From contig NC_081376.1 of the NCBI RefSeq assembly GCF_030684315.1, positions 26,269,018 through 26,333,017 of the forward strand: a DNA stretch of 64,000 nt, written 5' to 3'. The first letter of the stretch is position 1; the number at the start of each line of letters is the position of its first letter. The notes beneath the pieces were generated by a model. That model saw only the letters and a list, made by a program, of their open reading frames with translations. It ran no database searches and was not told the origin of the DNA. A program made the position numbers and the translations under genes. Of this stretch, positions 38,541-51,310 are shown piece after piece. This stretch comes from Stegostoma tigrinum. Taxonomy: Eukaryota.

Positions 38541-40796
38541 ATCTATGAACTCTGGTTGGATTAACATCTGACTGACACTGGCTAACCCCCAGAATGTAAT
38601 CAGACAAGCTCCTTGACTTGTCTGTGATGGTACCTCTGACTCACTGTCAGGGAATTGGAAATATTTTTCTCAACACTCAGATTCTGAGTGGTTTCATTAT
38701 TTCCACAACTTCGCAACTTTCTTGCCATTGCTCACTTTACTCCAGAGACGGCAAGACTCTGCCCCAAGTTTCTGTGTAGACATCTTCCTAATGGTACTCA
38801 GCTAAATGACTCCTTTAATCTTGTTATCTTTTTGTGTAAATATTATCAGAATTTTTTTAAAACTCTGAATTGTGGAGTAAGGCTAATCATGAGCCTCTTA
38901 TATTGTTGCCTGATCATGCTGCAAAATTGTTAATATATGAATTACTGCAATCAGTCCAAGAGTTTGAATCAATCGTTTCCTAAAAAGATGTGAGGATTTT
39001 CTGCTGTACACAAAGAATGAGCAACTTCTGAAAGAGGTTCCTGAGCAAGAATAAAGGCAAGAAACACGTAATAATGCTTCCTTTTTTTTAAAAACAATCT
39101 AGATACGGTAATGAGGTGATGTTTCCACCCCTCTGAAATGCTTTAATCAGCCTCCCTTATTGCTATTCCCTTACTACATTCAGACTAGTTCCATACTAAG
39201 TCTCAAACATGAAATACCATGTTAACCCCACAGCAACTCTCTTTTTGCTTGCATTTTAAATAAAAATTACTTGATATGGAGAAGTGATTAATTTATATTG
39301 TGCCAATTTATTAAATAAAAACTAACTTTGACATTCAGTTCTTTTGAATTATACATGTACATTGGGAAAGGACGCTCGCTTTTTTTCCAGGTAAAGTGTT
39401 TATTACCCACATCATTAAACATTTGATAATAAAAGTTTAGCTGAAATATGGTTATAATTATAGTTCTGTCGATGAGCAGGCTGAGATCCTGTTGTATTTT
39501 GAGTGCGCCTTGTGAAGCAAAATGGAAAATTTGAGTACTTGCATGTGCAATAGGAACCTTTTATATTTTATTGTCATTCATATGACCAAAGAGCTTCTGA
39601 TGTATGTGGCATTATGAATGGGTCAGTTCACTATGCAAAAACATATTGATAATGGGTCCTATCTGGTTCTATTAATATTAAAAATCTGAACACCTGGTAA
39701 TCAATTCACAGAACTACGCCTCAGATTTCACGTCTTTAAATGAAAACAAACGTCAACGCTTTCTTAAATTCTTACGTGAGATCACTTTTGACTTGACATT
39801 ACAGTATCTAAATACTTACACTGTTTATGGGCTCCATTAGGGCTCTATTCTATTTTGTAGTTCCCCACTCACACCAAACATCTGCACCTTCCCAACCCTC
39901 TCAAGTATTCCCTTGTATGTTATGACAATCTTGAAGATTCTCCTCTTCTTAACAATCAATCCACAAACCCTCAGTGACACTTCAAAATTCTGTAATTTTA
40001 TTCACTGTTCTGCTATTCTTTGAGGGTTTAGTTTTTGGGGATCTGGTGATTCACTTCTGAGCCAAATGATCTTTCCAATGTTTATTTTATACCTCATGAC
40101 AGTGAATTCCTCAGATCTTTGTTCTAGTTCCTGACAGAGACCTAACTGCCTTCTCACAGCTTCCAAGCTTATTCTGCTAAAGCCTTTCTGCTCCAAGACT
40201 CAGTGAGGACCATTGTGGACTTCTTCCACTAGTTGCAAGGAAGCTCCTAGTTCCAGCTGGTTAGCTTGTTTTTTCCTCATAAAATCCAAACTGAGATTGC
40301 ATCCTACTTGCATTCCATAGTGAGGTGTGGTAGCGAATGCTGGAAATTGTGTGTTCTCAACTTCAAATCCAGATCCAACTGTCAATTTTCTGTGCGGTCT
40401 TTCAATCCAGTGAGATAAAGTCATATACCACAGTGATGTGTTACTTGCTTCTGACAATTGGCAGCTACCTTGCCTTTCAACAGTCATAGCCAGGAGAAAG
40501 GTTTTGTAATGCAGTGGCAGTGTCCCTATCTCTGGGCTAGAAAGTTTAGCTTCAAGTTGTGCTTCAGAATGTGATGGGCATGAATGATTGTCATGACATT
40601 TCCAACACCAAATAAATTAAATCTTCCATCCCCACAACCCAACTCAGAGGCATTGTGGCATGCTTTGGGATATCTCAAATTATTTTACTTGTGTGCTACT
40701 CTTTGATTTTGCAATGAACGTGAATAATGTATATTGTTTTTATGTAGTTTTTACAACCCTTTCTCCAGAATGGCAGGATCAACCAAGACATGACAT

Positions 40797-43050
40797 GTGC
40801 TGAACACCACAATTTTTTTGGTTAAGTCTACCGTTTCTAAAGGGATTTCAGCTATATCAGACTATTTGTTGGTGTATCTTACCAAACTCACCTAATTAGC
40901 AATCCTGAACTTATTGACACATTCAATTCCGGCCCCATCTTAGCATATTCCATTCCCAGAACATTTCGCCACTCGGTGAATATCCACTGAAAGAGCAGTA
41001 TCCGTGGTACTTGTGCTATTTGAAATAAGCCATTATCCAGCCAAACAAACACTGGCATTTGAAGCTGCCCTTATCAGCCACAGACAGAATCTGAATATGT
41101 CAAGGAAGGAGTAGATGGCGCAATGATTCTCCAGTAGGGACCTGCAGACCCTATTGTGTAGAATGTTACAGAAGATAGGCATCCATTTCTCAGAGGACCA
41201 GCAGTGGAGGCCACAACACCAGGTCCTAGCTGCTTGTTTGAAGGTTGCCACTTGGGTCAGTGCCAGAATTAGATTGATGATCTTCGCTGCTCCACCAGGG
41301 TAAGTGTTGGCACGTTTCTCTCTGCTACCACTCCATTCCTGCTACTGCACGTATCTCCCACCAAACCTCATGCTCTTACCACTCTCAATATTGCCTTCAA
41401 CAGCTTCTCTCATTCTTTCTCCTGCCCAACGTTCCACATCAACTCAACCTTTTCCCTTTGTGCTGCCCTCTCACTACTTCAGACTACTTCAACATCGTTC
41501 CCCCTCCTGAATCAACAGTAATATCTCTGCCATCCTCTCACTCAATCCCTCCCTTGTTGCATTTCAGTGGAAGACAGGCATAAGAAGGCAGAACTGGATA
41601 GAGGGTTGTCCAGCATTTAGCTGCTCACCCCTTTCTCGGCCTTGCAGGAGAAAACCAGGACTGCTCCTGTGGGGATGTCAAAACGTCCATGTTCCAAAAA
41701 ACCAGTAATCACCAATCTTCATTCTCTCTCATGAACCCAGCTATCAGCCTCTTCCATTGCACACCACTTCTAACAACTAGCTATGATGCCTTTTCTCTGT
41801 TGTCTTGTGGGTACAACCAGCATGTCTAACATCTCCTTGGTGAAATGCATGGCTTCCCCAGAGGCCACGCCCTTGACTTCTGAGGATAATAGTAACTTGG
41901 CTTCGGAGAGAGAGTTAGCAAGGCTGTCTCCTGAAGTCCTCACCAAGTCAGATACTGACACCTCAGATGGGAATGTTAACGATAGTACGCTTGAGAGCAC
42001 AATCCATTGAGCACCTCACCGTGACAACTCTGCAGTGGAAGAAAGCCTCAGGCCAGTGATACTCGGATGGCTGAGGGCACCTCACATGTGCTCCACCTCA
42101 ATAAGAAAAGGACCTTGTGGTGTCGATAGTTAGGGATGTTGTCCACATGCACAAGGAGGAAGAGGAACAACAGACAGCCAAGTAGGGCAATAGACAATAG
42201 AGAATAGGTGTAGGAGTAGGCCATTCGGCCCTTCGAGCCAGCACCACCATTCGTTATGATCATGGCTGATCATCCACCATCAGGATCCTGTTCCTGCCTT
42301 ATCCCCATCACTCTTGATTCCGCTATCTTTAAGAGCTCTAGCCATCTCTTTCTTGAAAGTATCCAGAGAGTTGGCCTCCACTGCCTTCTGGGGCAGAGCA
42401 TTCCATATATAGGGCATAATGGCCCTTTATTGCCCAGCAGCTGCCCATTGCAATGTATATGTTTCATAGAACCAACTGTCTGCACTCATGGATAGGTTGC
42501 TAGTTGCTATGGCAAACCCAGTACTGCACCCTCAAGGTATGCTGGAGAGAGACACACACGCACACACTTCAGCAATGGCTTCCAGCAGCCCAGCCTTTTG
42601 GGCGTCAGGACCTCAGGCATGGCAACACGGGTGGAGGCAGGGAGCCAGGTGCTCACATTCCTCACATGGAGAAAAGGTAGAACCAGGATGCACCCAGTTC
42701 AAGGAAGAACCTTGCACAGCCCCCTCAGATGTCTCCACTCAACACCCAAAGGGACTGGGTCCTCCAGTTCCATCCTGCCTGCCCCTGTCCAACCTTTGGA
42801 GATGACAGTCGAGGAGGATCTGGGATGAAGACCTTCTGCATGTTTGCCCTATCTGGACACAATCACTCTTTTGGAGTGGCTGACCAAATCCCTAGGGCCA
42901 GAGGTCTCCATTACTGAGCAGGGTCCTGTAGAACCAAGGTTTCACTAATGCATAGTGGGAGAGAAAGAAAGAAGGAGACTTACTGAAGGCACTTCAGTGA
43001 CATCAGTAGCAATGGACTATTTGTTACTTTGTACTTGTTAATAAATGAGC
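40797..43050 (+). mobile_element. PIF/Harbinger remnant with a spliced Myb/SANT pseudogene
   Basis: Exon 1 41097-41299 MSRKE*MAQ*FSSRDLQTLL...KVATWVSA...DDLRCSTR|gtaagt; acceptor ttgcag|gagaaaacc near 41647; aataaa near 43040; homologous to 25600-27495. Confidence 0.7.
42190..42409 (-). mobile_element. Young 5'-truncated CR1 3' end inserted in the Harbinger remnant
   Basis: Near-identical to 49986-50205; tagggca duplicated at 42183-42189 and 42410-42416. Confidence 0.9.
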
Positions 43051-43079
43051 CTCGGACAATACTTTGTGGAATTTCTGTA

Positions 43080-43500
43080 CAGCTGTCCTCGAGCTGAGAT
43101 GAGTGCCCTCCAACTACCACAACCATCTTCCTTCGTGCCACGTCTGACTCCAATCAGTGGTAGATTTCCTGTGATCCTCATCTGACTTCAGTTTTTCACA
43201 GGCACTTGATGTCACATTTGGTTTAATGCTGCCTTGATGTCAAGGGCAGTTGATTTAATTTCATCTCTTTGATTCAACCTTTTTATCCCATATCAGGAAT
43301 GAGGATATAATGAGGAGTCAAGTTGACACTGGTGTTGTCTTCCTTTATAATGATGTTTGAGAGTAGACTCATGGGGCTGGGTTGGATTTGACCTGGTGTT
43401 TATGGACAGGGCATACCAGAGCAAATTTCACTTCACATCATCCGGAATTAGTGGTTGGACTGGAACAGGGTGGCTATGGACATGGTTAGTTCAGTAACTA
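43080..43500 (-). mobile_element. CR1/L2-like LINE RT fragment
   Basis: Reverse strand TALDIKAA (RT motif LDIKAAFD). Confidence 0.7.
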
Positions 43501-45599
43501 AGACTACTAAGAGGCCTATTGGTATCATTAAGCCATCATAAAATATCCTCTATTGTTTATTATTTACAATTCTATCTTATAATGTCAGTGTAGGTTACCT
43601 TCTTAGCAGTAACTAACCACGGTATTGCTTGAATTGCATTTACATCAGAATTACTTCCAGTTTCTCAAGCAGATGTCCACTTATGCTGCATTTAATATTT
43701 TAACCTCCAGCCAAAAAATTACATTCCTGAAACTAAAAGGTAGGTTCAAAAACAGAGGAATTCTGAACAAGATATTTACAACAATAACAGTGATGTTCAT
43801 TTGTAATATCGATGAAGTTTTCAGTGGCAATTAAACTCCTTTAAGCCTATTGTAACAAAAAAGGTGAAGCAATTTGCATCTGTTGCCTAGGAACAAGCTT
43901 TGCATGCTTAATGGCAGTTCAATCTTTGAACACACTAATTATACTTTTCTCCCCCTCTCTGAACGAATAGAGTCTGAGTTATGTAACAGCAGTAAAATGA
44001 AAATTTGGTAACATGCAGAATCGGAATCCAAGTTAGTAAGTGAAATGTATGGTGTAAACCCAAATATTTTCTTAACTTCTTCCCTTTAAGTTAATGATTT
44101 ATTTAAAAATGCTTCTAAATGTCGCCACCAACTGTTATTTTAACAGTCTTTTGTTTAGTTGATGGTATTAAATTTTCTAAAGAATGAATTAGTCCTTGAA
44201 TTGATGTTATTTTGAAATAATGTTCCACTTAACAAGGTGGTTGTAATTCATTTCATCAACATTAAAGCATATTTGGTACTAAAATTTCAAAGACCAAGAT
44301 CTGAAGTTTAATTCATAACGACCTACGCATTGAGAGACAGTTTTGGTTGCCAGGTTTCCAATGCCATGTCTTTCCATAAGATTACCACAAACCCTGCTTT
44401 GTACCCTTCCAATTTGCACACGCCCATCAGACATTTAAGAGTATACCTACGCAAACACTACGTCTCAAAATAACACAACGAACACCAACCCAGAATAAGA
44501 AATGCAAAGCTAGTGATCTCATACATGGGACAAAGCCACTCAAGAAAATGAAGACCAATATTTCTTAAGCTGCAAATTTTGCTCATCAGTCAAGTAATTA
44601 CTGACAATCAGGAACAATTCAGATAACCGTAACAAATCCAAATAATCTCATATTTGTCTTTTCTGATTCTCTATGCACTTTTGGTGAATTCAATTAGTTC
44701 CATTTTTACTTAATTTAATGAGCTATACTGGTTTCCACATAGCCAAAATAAAATTTTCCTAAAATATACAAGAATCAATAGGTCCTACAGAGTTTATCTG
44801 TTGATGTTAAAAATCAGACACAAACCATATTTATGGAGGATAGGAAATAATTAAAAATGAAGACTATCTAAACGCCTTGAGATGTTTGCCTCAAAACAAA
44901 TTAAACACACGTGAAAAACATTCTTAGTTTAAAGGAATGTGCTTACTTGAAAAATATTTCTCTGTTAAATAAGTTCAAATTTTGCAATCTTGTACAGTAC
45001 AGAGTTTAATAACCAACATGTCCAGGACAAGACAAAAGTAAGCAGTTAATCTCTTCCTTATCTGTTATGATTATAACATTGATTCTATTAAAGTGTTGTC
45101 CACCACAGTATAAAAGAAGTTTGCAGAGATAAGATATGAGCCAGTTTCCTCATTGTAGAGAATGGAGATATGAAAGAAAAATGCCTTGTCACCCTTGTAA
45201 ACAGACAAATCAGAACTGTTGATATAAAGCTATGCAAAGAATCAGCAAAGATGCCTTTATAAGACTACAAAATTCAGCTGTATATCTCTGCAGACACCAG
45301 AAAAGCAAAAAACATCAAAAATATCAGGGTGTCTGCTTCTGTTGCATCCTGTGTGGTACACAATGCTCAGAAGAATACTGGACCAGCCGTGGCACTAATG
45401 TGCTGGACACGTGAATAATGGGCAGATAGTGACATGATTCAGTGTCCAACACTGGTTTGTGTATGACTTGGCAGGCCCTGTATAAACATTCCTGCTTGAA
45501 ATGCATTCAGCTGTTTAAAAAAAAAACCACTGCGCCACTGACACAAGTTAAAGGTGGCAAGATGGGATTTGAGGGTGAGACACTTATGATTAGTTTTTG

Positions 45600-47282
45600 C
45601 TGATGCAGTTACGAGGAATTCTGCAAGCTGTGCCATTGTTGAAACTCTCGCACATTATCGATGTCAAAAGGAAATGGTGCATAAATTTTGCAACGAGTTG
45701 AGTTTATTTTGATGCCTTCTGAGAGGAGAGTTTGATCTGATTTTTGGGGCCTCTAATCACAATCCTTCTTAGACTGCAGTAGAGAAGAGAAGAGGCAAAG
45801 AGAGGCTGTAAGCAGAGGAAGGAGGAGAATGAGGATGATGAGCAAGAAGGGATTACATTTCTTCAAATGGGCTGCTGATAAGTAACATGTTAGACTCCCA
45901 CTCCTTTAAAACCATCCCAGCATCAACACTGCTCCTTTCTCCCCACCAATTCTAAACTATAGACACTGTCCATCATAATAGAGTGTTTACCAAAAATTAA
46001 ATAAAAAATGCTGTAAGAAAGGAAGAAAAACAACTTAAGCAAACTATACTTTCAATAATACATGAAAATCTCAACTATTCACTTTTATGCATTCTTCTGC
46101 TGTCTGTCAAACAAGTGCCGTTACCCTGTTCTCCCTGTGCAGTGCCTCCTCAGTGTATTCAGCATGGCTGATCAAATGATACTCATTTCACTGGGACAAA
46201 GTGTAGATGGCCTGAACAGCATAACTTTAAGTAACTCTGTGGCCTTGGGACCTCACCTTAGACTGCAATATCTCAGCATGGGCATCAAAACTCTTGGTCT
46301 AATGGCTGAGAGGCAAAATTGAGAGCATAACAAGAATGGTGGTCATGGGAGTATGAATGTTGACATCCTGAGAGAGAATGATAGATTTGTTCTCCATGAT
46401 GTTATGACTGTTCAGTGACCCTTACAATGTGTTGGATGACACGTTGCTGTGACAGCCTGCATGCCCTTGGAGGATTGGCATCTGCAGCCATGGTGGCATT
46501 GTTGGAACCTGCATGGAACTCAGGACTGCAGTTTGAGCTTCTGCCACAACACTGAAGCATTGAATGATTTGTGACTGTGCTGTAACAAAGACTGGGCGAA
46601 TGGCCACCGCAAGTATTGTCATGGCATCGAGCCTCATTTCTACACTGGAAAGAATGAGTTCCAAGCTCTGCAGAAATTCCTGTGTCGGGTTGGAGCCAAC
46701 TCTTTCACGCTCCTTGATTGTGGCAAAATGTCGTATGGCAGGCCTGGCAATGTTTCAAGCATCTTCCTGTCCATGCCCATCCATGTTTTTTTGTATATTA
46801 CCTTATTGTAGCCCACATTAGAATTTGCAGCAGAGCCTGTATGCTATGTCACTCTTTTGTCTGGCTGCAGCTGATTCATGCCTGGGGCCTCACAATGTAA
46901 TACTGGCCCTTAATCCTTTCTACTCTCTGCAAGTATCAAGCCCGGCCACTGCAAATGTCAGGTCCAATGACTTCGCTTCTTCATTCGACAGCTGCTATTC
47001 ATCTCACTCTTGCAGGTGAGGCTGCAATGGCTGGTCAGGCAGAGGAATCTTGGGTTTCTGAAAGCAGGAATGCAGAAAGGGAGGAATGGGATCAGGGATG
47101 GGAGTGTTAAGTTATCATACAAAGATAAATGATAACACACTCTTCGATGTTTTCTGGAGATGGAATTCAATGCATTGCACCATATCCTCAGAGCTGGACT
47201 CCCAGGAATCGACCTTGTTGGCTGTTCCTTTTGGAAGATGTTTCTTCAGGATATCCTGCAGAGCCATTATGTCTCTCATACT
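45600..47282. mobile_element. Probable Harbinger remnant (acidic transposase C-terminus on +, convergent Myb-gene 3' exons on -)
   Basis: EEGGE*G**ARR-type acidic/purine-rich patch at 45780-45860; ELILSSVEMRLDAMTILAVAI coiled-coil-like ORF on minus; weak. Confidence 0.4.
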
Positions 47283-48320
47283 AGATAATAAAATGTGTGG
47301 CTGGATGAGCACAGCAGGCCAAGCAGCATCTCAGGAGCACAAAAGCTGACGTTTCGGGCCTAGACCCTTCATCAGAGAAGGGGATGGGGTGAGGGTTCTG
47401 GAATAAATAGGGAGAGAGGGGGAGGCGGACCGAAGATGGAGAGAAAAGAAGATAGGTGGAGAGAGTATAGGTGGGGAGGTAGGGAGGGGATAGGTGAGTC
47501 CAGGGAAGACGGACAGGTCAAGGAGGTGGGATGAGGTTAGTAGGTAGATTGGGGTGCGGCTTGGGGTGGGGGGAAGGGATGGGTGAGAGGAAGAACAGGT
47601 TAGGGAGGCAGAGACAGGTTGGACTGGTTTTGGGATGCAGTGGGTGGAGGGGAAGAGCTGGGCTGGTTGTGTGGTGCAGTGGGGGGAGGGGACGAACCGG
47701 GCTGGTTTAGGGATGCAGTTGGGGAAGGGGAGATTTTGAAACTGGTGAAGTCCACATTGATACCATTAGGCTGCAGGGTTCCCAGGAGGAATATGAGTTG
47801 CTGTTCCTGCAACCTTCGGGTAAAAATCTCCCCTTCCCCAACTGCATCCCTAAACCAGCCCAGTTCGTCCCCTCCCCCCACTGCACCACACAACCAGCCC
47901 AGCTCTTCCCCTCCACCCACTGCATCCCAAAACCAGTCCAACCTGTCTCTGCCTCCCTAACCTGTTCTTCCTCTCACCCATCCCTTCTCCCCACCCCAAG
48001 CCGCACCCCCATCTACCTACTAACCTCATCCCACCTCCAACCCCACCAATCCCGTCTTCCCTGGACTGACCTATCCCCTCCCTACCTCCCCACCTATACT
48101 CTCCTCTCCACCTATCTTCTTTTCTCTCCATCTTCGGTCCGCCTCTCCCACTCTGCCTATTTATTCCAGAACCCTCACCCCATCCCCCTCTCTGATGAAG
48201 GGTCTAGGCCCGAAATGTCAGCTTTTGTGCTCCTGAGATGCTGCTTGGCCTGCTGTGCTCATCCAGCCTCACATTTTATTATCTTGGATTCTCCAGCATC
48301 TGCAGTTCCTATTATCTCTG
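47283..48320. mobile_element. 1.04-kb palindromic Penelope-like insert (subfamily A)
   Basis: Arms 47283-47737 and 47823-48284, 36-nt tail on right, TSD atgtctctcatact at 47269-47282 and 48321-48334; encodes the GIY-YIG C-terminus RRLQEQQLIFLLGTLQPNGIN. Confidence 0.95.
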
Positions 48321-48380
48321 ATGTCTCTCATACTGCAGGTTTATATCAGTAAGACACCTAACAGCCAATCTGAGGATAAC

Positions 48381-49782
48381 AGATAACAAGGTGTAGAGTT
48401 GGATGAACACAGCAGGCCAAGCAGCATCTTTGGAGCTGATGTTTCGGGTCTAGACCCTTCATCAGAAATGGGGGAGGGGGAGAGGGTTCTGAAATAAATC
48501 GGGAGAGTGGGGGATGCGGATTGAAGACCGATAGAGGAGAAGATAGGTGGAGAGGAGACAGACAAGTTAAAGAGGCGGGGAAGGAGCCAGTAAAGGTGAG
48601 TGTAGGTGGGGAGGTAGGGAGGAGATGGGTCAGTTTGGGGAGGACGGACAGGTCAAGGGAGTGGGATGAGGTTAGTAGGTAGGAAATGGGGTGGGGCTTG
48701 ACATGGGAGGAGAGGATAGGTGAGAAGAAGAACAGGTTAGGGAGGTGGGGACGAGCTGGGCTGGTTTTGGGGCGCGGTTGGGGAAGGGGTGATTTTTTGA
48801 AGCTTGTGAAATCCAAATTGATACCATTCGGCTGCAGGGTTCCCAAGCGGAATATGAGTTGCAGGTCCTGCAACCTTCGGGTGGCATCATTTTGTGGCAC
48901 TGCAGGAGGCCAGGATGGACATGTTGTCTGAGGAATGGGAGGGGGAGTTGAAATGGTTCGTGACTGGGAGGTGCAGTTGTTTGTTGCAAACCGAGCGTAG
49001 GTGTTCTGCAAAGCAGTCCCCAAGCCTCCCCTTGGTTTCCCCGATGTAGAGGAGGCCACAACAGGTCCAGCGGATGTAGTACACCACATTGCCCGATGTG
49101 CAGGTCAACATCTGCTTGATGTGGAAAGTCTTCTTGGGGCCTGGGATGGGGTTGAGGGGGGAGGTGTGGGGGCAGGTGTAGACTTCCTTGCAGGGAAGAG
49201 TGCTGGGTGTGGTGGGGTTGGAGGCGAGTGTGGAGCGGACAAGGGAGTCACAGAGAGAGTGGTCCCTCCAGAAAGCAGACAAGGGTGGGGAGGGAAAACT
49301 GTCTTAGGTGGTAGGGTCGGATTGCGGATGGAGTAAGTGCTGGAGGATGATGCGTTGGATCCGGAGGTTGGAGGGGTGGTACGTGATGACGAGAGGGATT
49401 CTCTTATGGTTGATATTGCGGGGACGTGGTGTGAGGGATGAGGTGCGGGAAATGCGGGAGACACGGCCGAAGGCGTTCTCAGCCACTGTGGGGGGATGTT
49501 GCAGTCCTTGAAAAAGGAGGACATCTGAGATGTGCGGGAGTGGAATGCCTCATCCTGGGAGCAGATGCGCTGGAGGCGAAGGAATTGGGAATGGAGGTGG
49601 CATTTTTGCAGGAAGGTGGGTGGGAGGAGGTCTATTCTAGGTAGCTGTGGGAGTTGGTGGGCTTGAAATTGATATTGGTTTCTAGCTGGTTGCTGGAGAC
49701 GGAGACAGAGAGATCCAGGAAGGTGAGGGAGGTGTTAGAGAGGGCCCAGGTGAACTTGAGGTTGGGGTGGAAGGTGTTGTTT
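48381..49782 (-). mobile_element. 5'-truncated Penelope-like retroelement (RT C-terminus, Cys-containing linker, GIY-YIG endonuclease, hammerhead pLTR); probably Neptune-type; frameshifted
   Basis: NTFHPNLKFTW, RIPLVITYHP, PCKEVYTC, NVVYYIRWTCCGLLYIGETKGRL...EH...NHF, LGTLQPNGIN. Confidence 0.92.
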
Positions 49783-49865
49783 AAGTCCTGTAGACTTGTT
49801 TTAATTGTATGAAATGACAGAAGTTGGAAAAAATTAAATCTACGTTGTAAATGAAAAAAGTAATC

Positions 49866-49944
49866 CGTAGTTGGCAGGATTTGAACCTGCGTCGGAGACT
49901 CTGAGGATTTGCTTTCCTCCTTACTCTCTGGCTTGTTGCCCTAC
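49866..49944 (-). pseudogene. Decayed tRNA-Ser gene
   Basis: Reverse strand gtag...aaatcc...gtctccgacgcaggttcaaatcctgccaactacg matches the vertebrate tRNA-Ser 3' half; T6 run ~7 nt downstream; A-box and anticodon arm degraded. Confidence 0.7.
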
Positions 49945-49985
49945 TTGCAGTGTCTTTCCTTCAATACAAAAGCTTTGTGACAAGT

Positions 49986-50718
49986 TAGACAATAGATAAT
50001 AGGTGCTGGAGTAGGCCATTCGGCCCTTCGAGCCAGCACCACCATTCAGTATGATCATGGCTGATCATCCACAATCAGTATCCTGTTCCTGCCTTATCCC
50101 CATAACCCTTGATTCCACTATGTGTAAGAGCTCTATCCATCTCTTTCTTGAAAGTATCCAGAGAGTTGGCCTCCACTGCCTTCTGGGGCAGAGCATTCCA
50201 TATATCCACCACTCTCTGGGTGAAGAAGTTTTTTCTCAACTCTGTTCCAAATGGCCTACCTTATTTTTAAACTGTGTCCTCTGGTTCTGGACTCGCCCAT
50301 CAGCGGAAACATGCTTCCTGCCTCCAGAGTGTCCAAACCCTTAATAATCTTCTCCGTCTCAATCAGATCCCTTCTCATCCTTCTAAACTCAAGTGTTTCC
50401 AAGCCCAGTCGCTCCAATCTTCCACAAATGATAGTCCCGCCTTTCCGGGAATTGATCTCGCGAACCTACACTGCACTCCCTCAATAGCAAGAATGTCCTT
50501 CCTCAAATTCGGAGACCAAAACTGCACATTTGCACCAGGGGCCTGTACAGCTGCAGAAGGGCCTCTTTGCTCCTATACTCAATTCCTCTTGTTATGAAGG
50601 CCAGCATGCCATTAGCTTTCTTCACTGCCTGCTATACCTGCATGCTTGCTTTCATTGACTGATGTACAAGAACACCGAGATCTCGTTGTACTTCCCCTTT
50701 ATCTAACTTGACTCCATT
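49986..50718 (-). mobile_element. Young CR1 LINE 3' portion
   Basis: Reverse strand VQFWSPNLRKDILAIEGVQ; tail tattatctattgtcta. Confidence 0.92.
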
Positions 50719-50979
50719 GTTCCAGCAGTTATAGCATTTTTGCACATCCCCAAAGAGGCAGGTTGCCTATGCAGCTAGCTTATATCATGTTAGCCGCACA
50801 TATCTCTGGACCTGCCGCTGAGCATTATGCTAGTCAATAGTATATTATATGCTGTAAATATGTTGATGAGTGGCATAAGAAATTTGCACGCTGTCTGTCT
50901 CAACTTGACCAAGTGTGGAGTAATTGTACATCATGATCTATGCACAAAAAGGCTGAATCATATCTTTAGCCCACAGAAC

Positions 50980-51310
50980 CTTGACATTCATAATACATGC
51001 CAAGGCATTTTGCAGTGAACTATTTTTGATGCGTTACCAATGTTATTATCTCACTAAATATTTTGCACACAAGTTCCCACAAATAACAAATTCACAATTA
51101 ACCTGTTTTGGTGAAGTGTTACAGGATGTTCCAAGAACTCCCTTCTTTTTATCAAATGATGTCATCAGATCTTTTACCTCGACATGAACAGTCAGATGGG
51201 TCACCTCAGGCAATGCAACACCTTAGCCCTCGTGTAGAATCCAGGGGTCTTGGGCCACAGTGCCTCTGGACCAGGAATTCAAACCCCACCTGCTTCAGAC
51301 GTGTGGAATA
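50980..51310 (-). mobile_element. DeuSINE-like element, decayed
   Basis: ccaaggcattttgcag...cacaagttcccacaaa...aactcccttcttttt...gatcttttac. Confidence 0.55.

Noticed and set aside
47600-49644. Long overlapping ORFs (e.g. 48358..49089, 47798..48352, 61453..62058) as host genes
   Set aside because: Alternative or antisense frames of the GC-rich Penelope sequence
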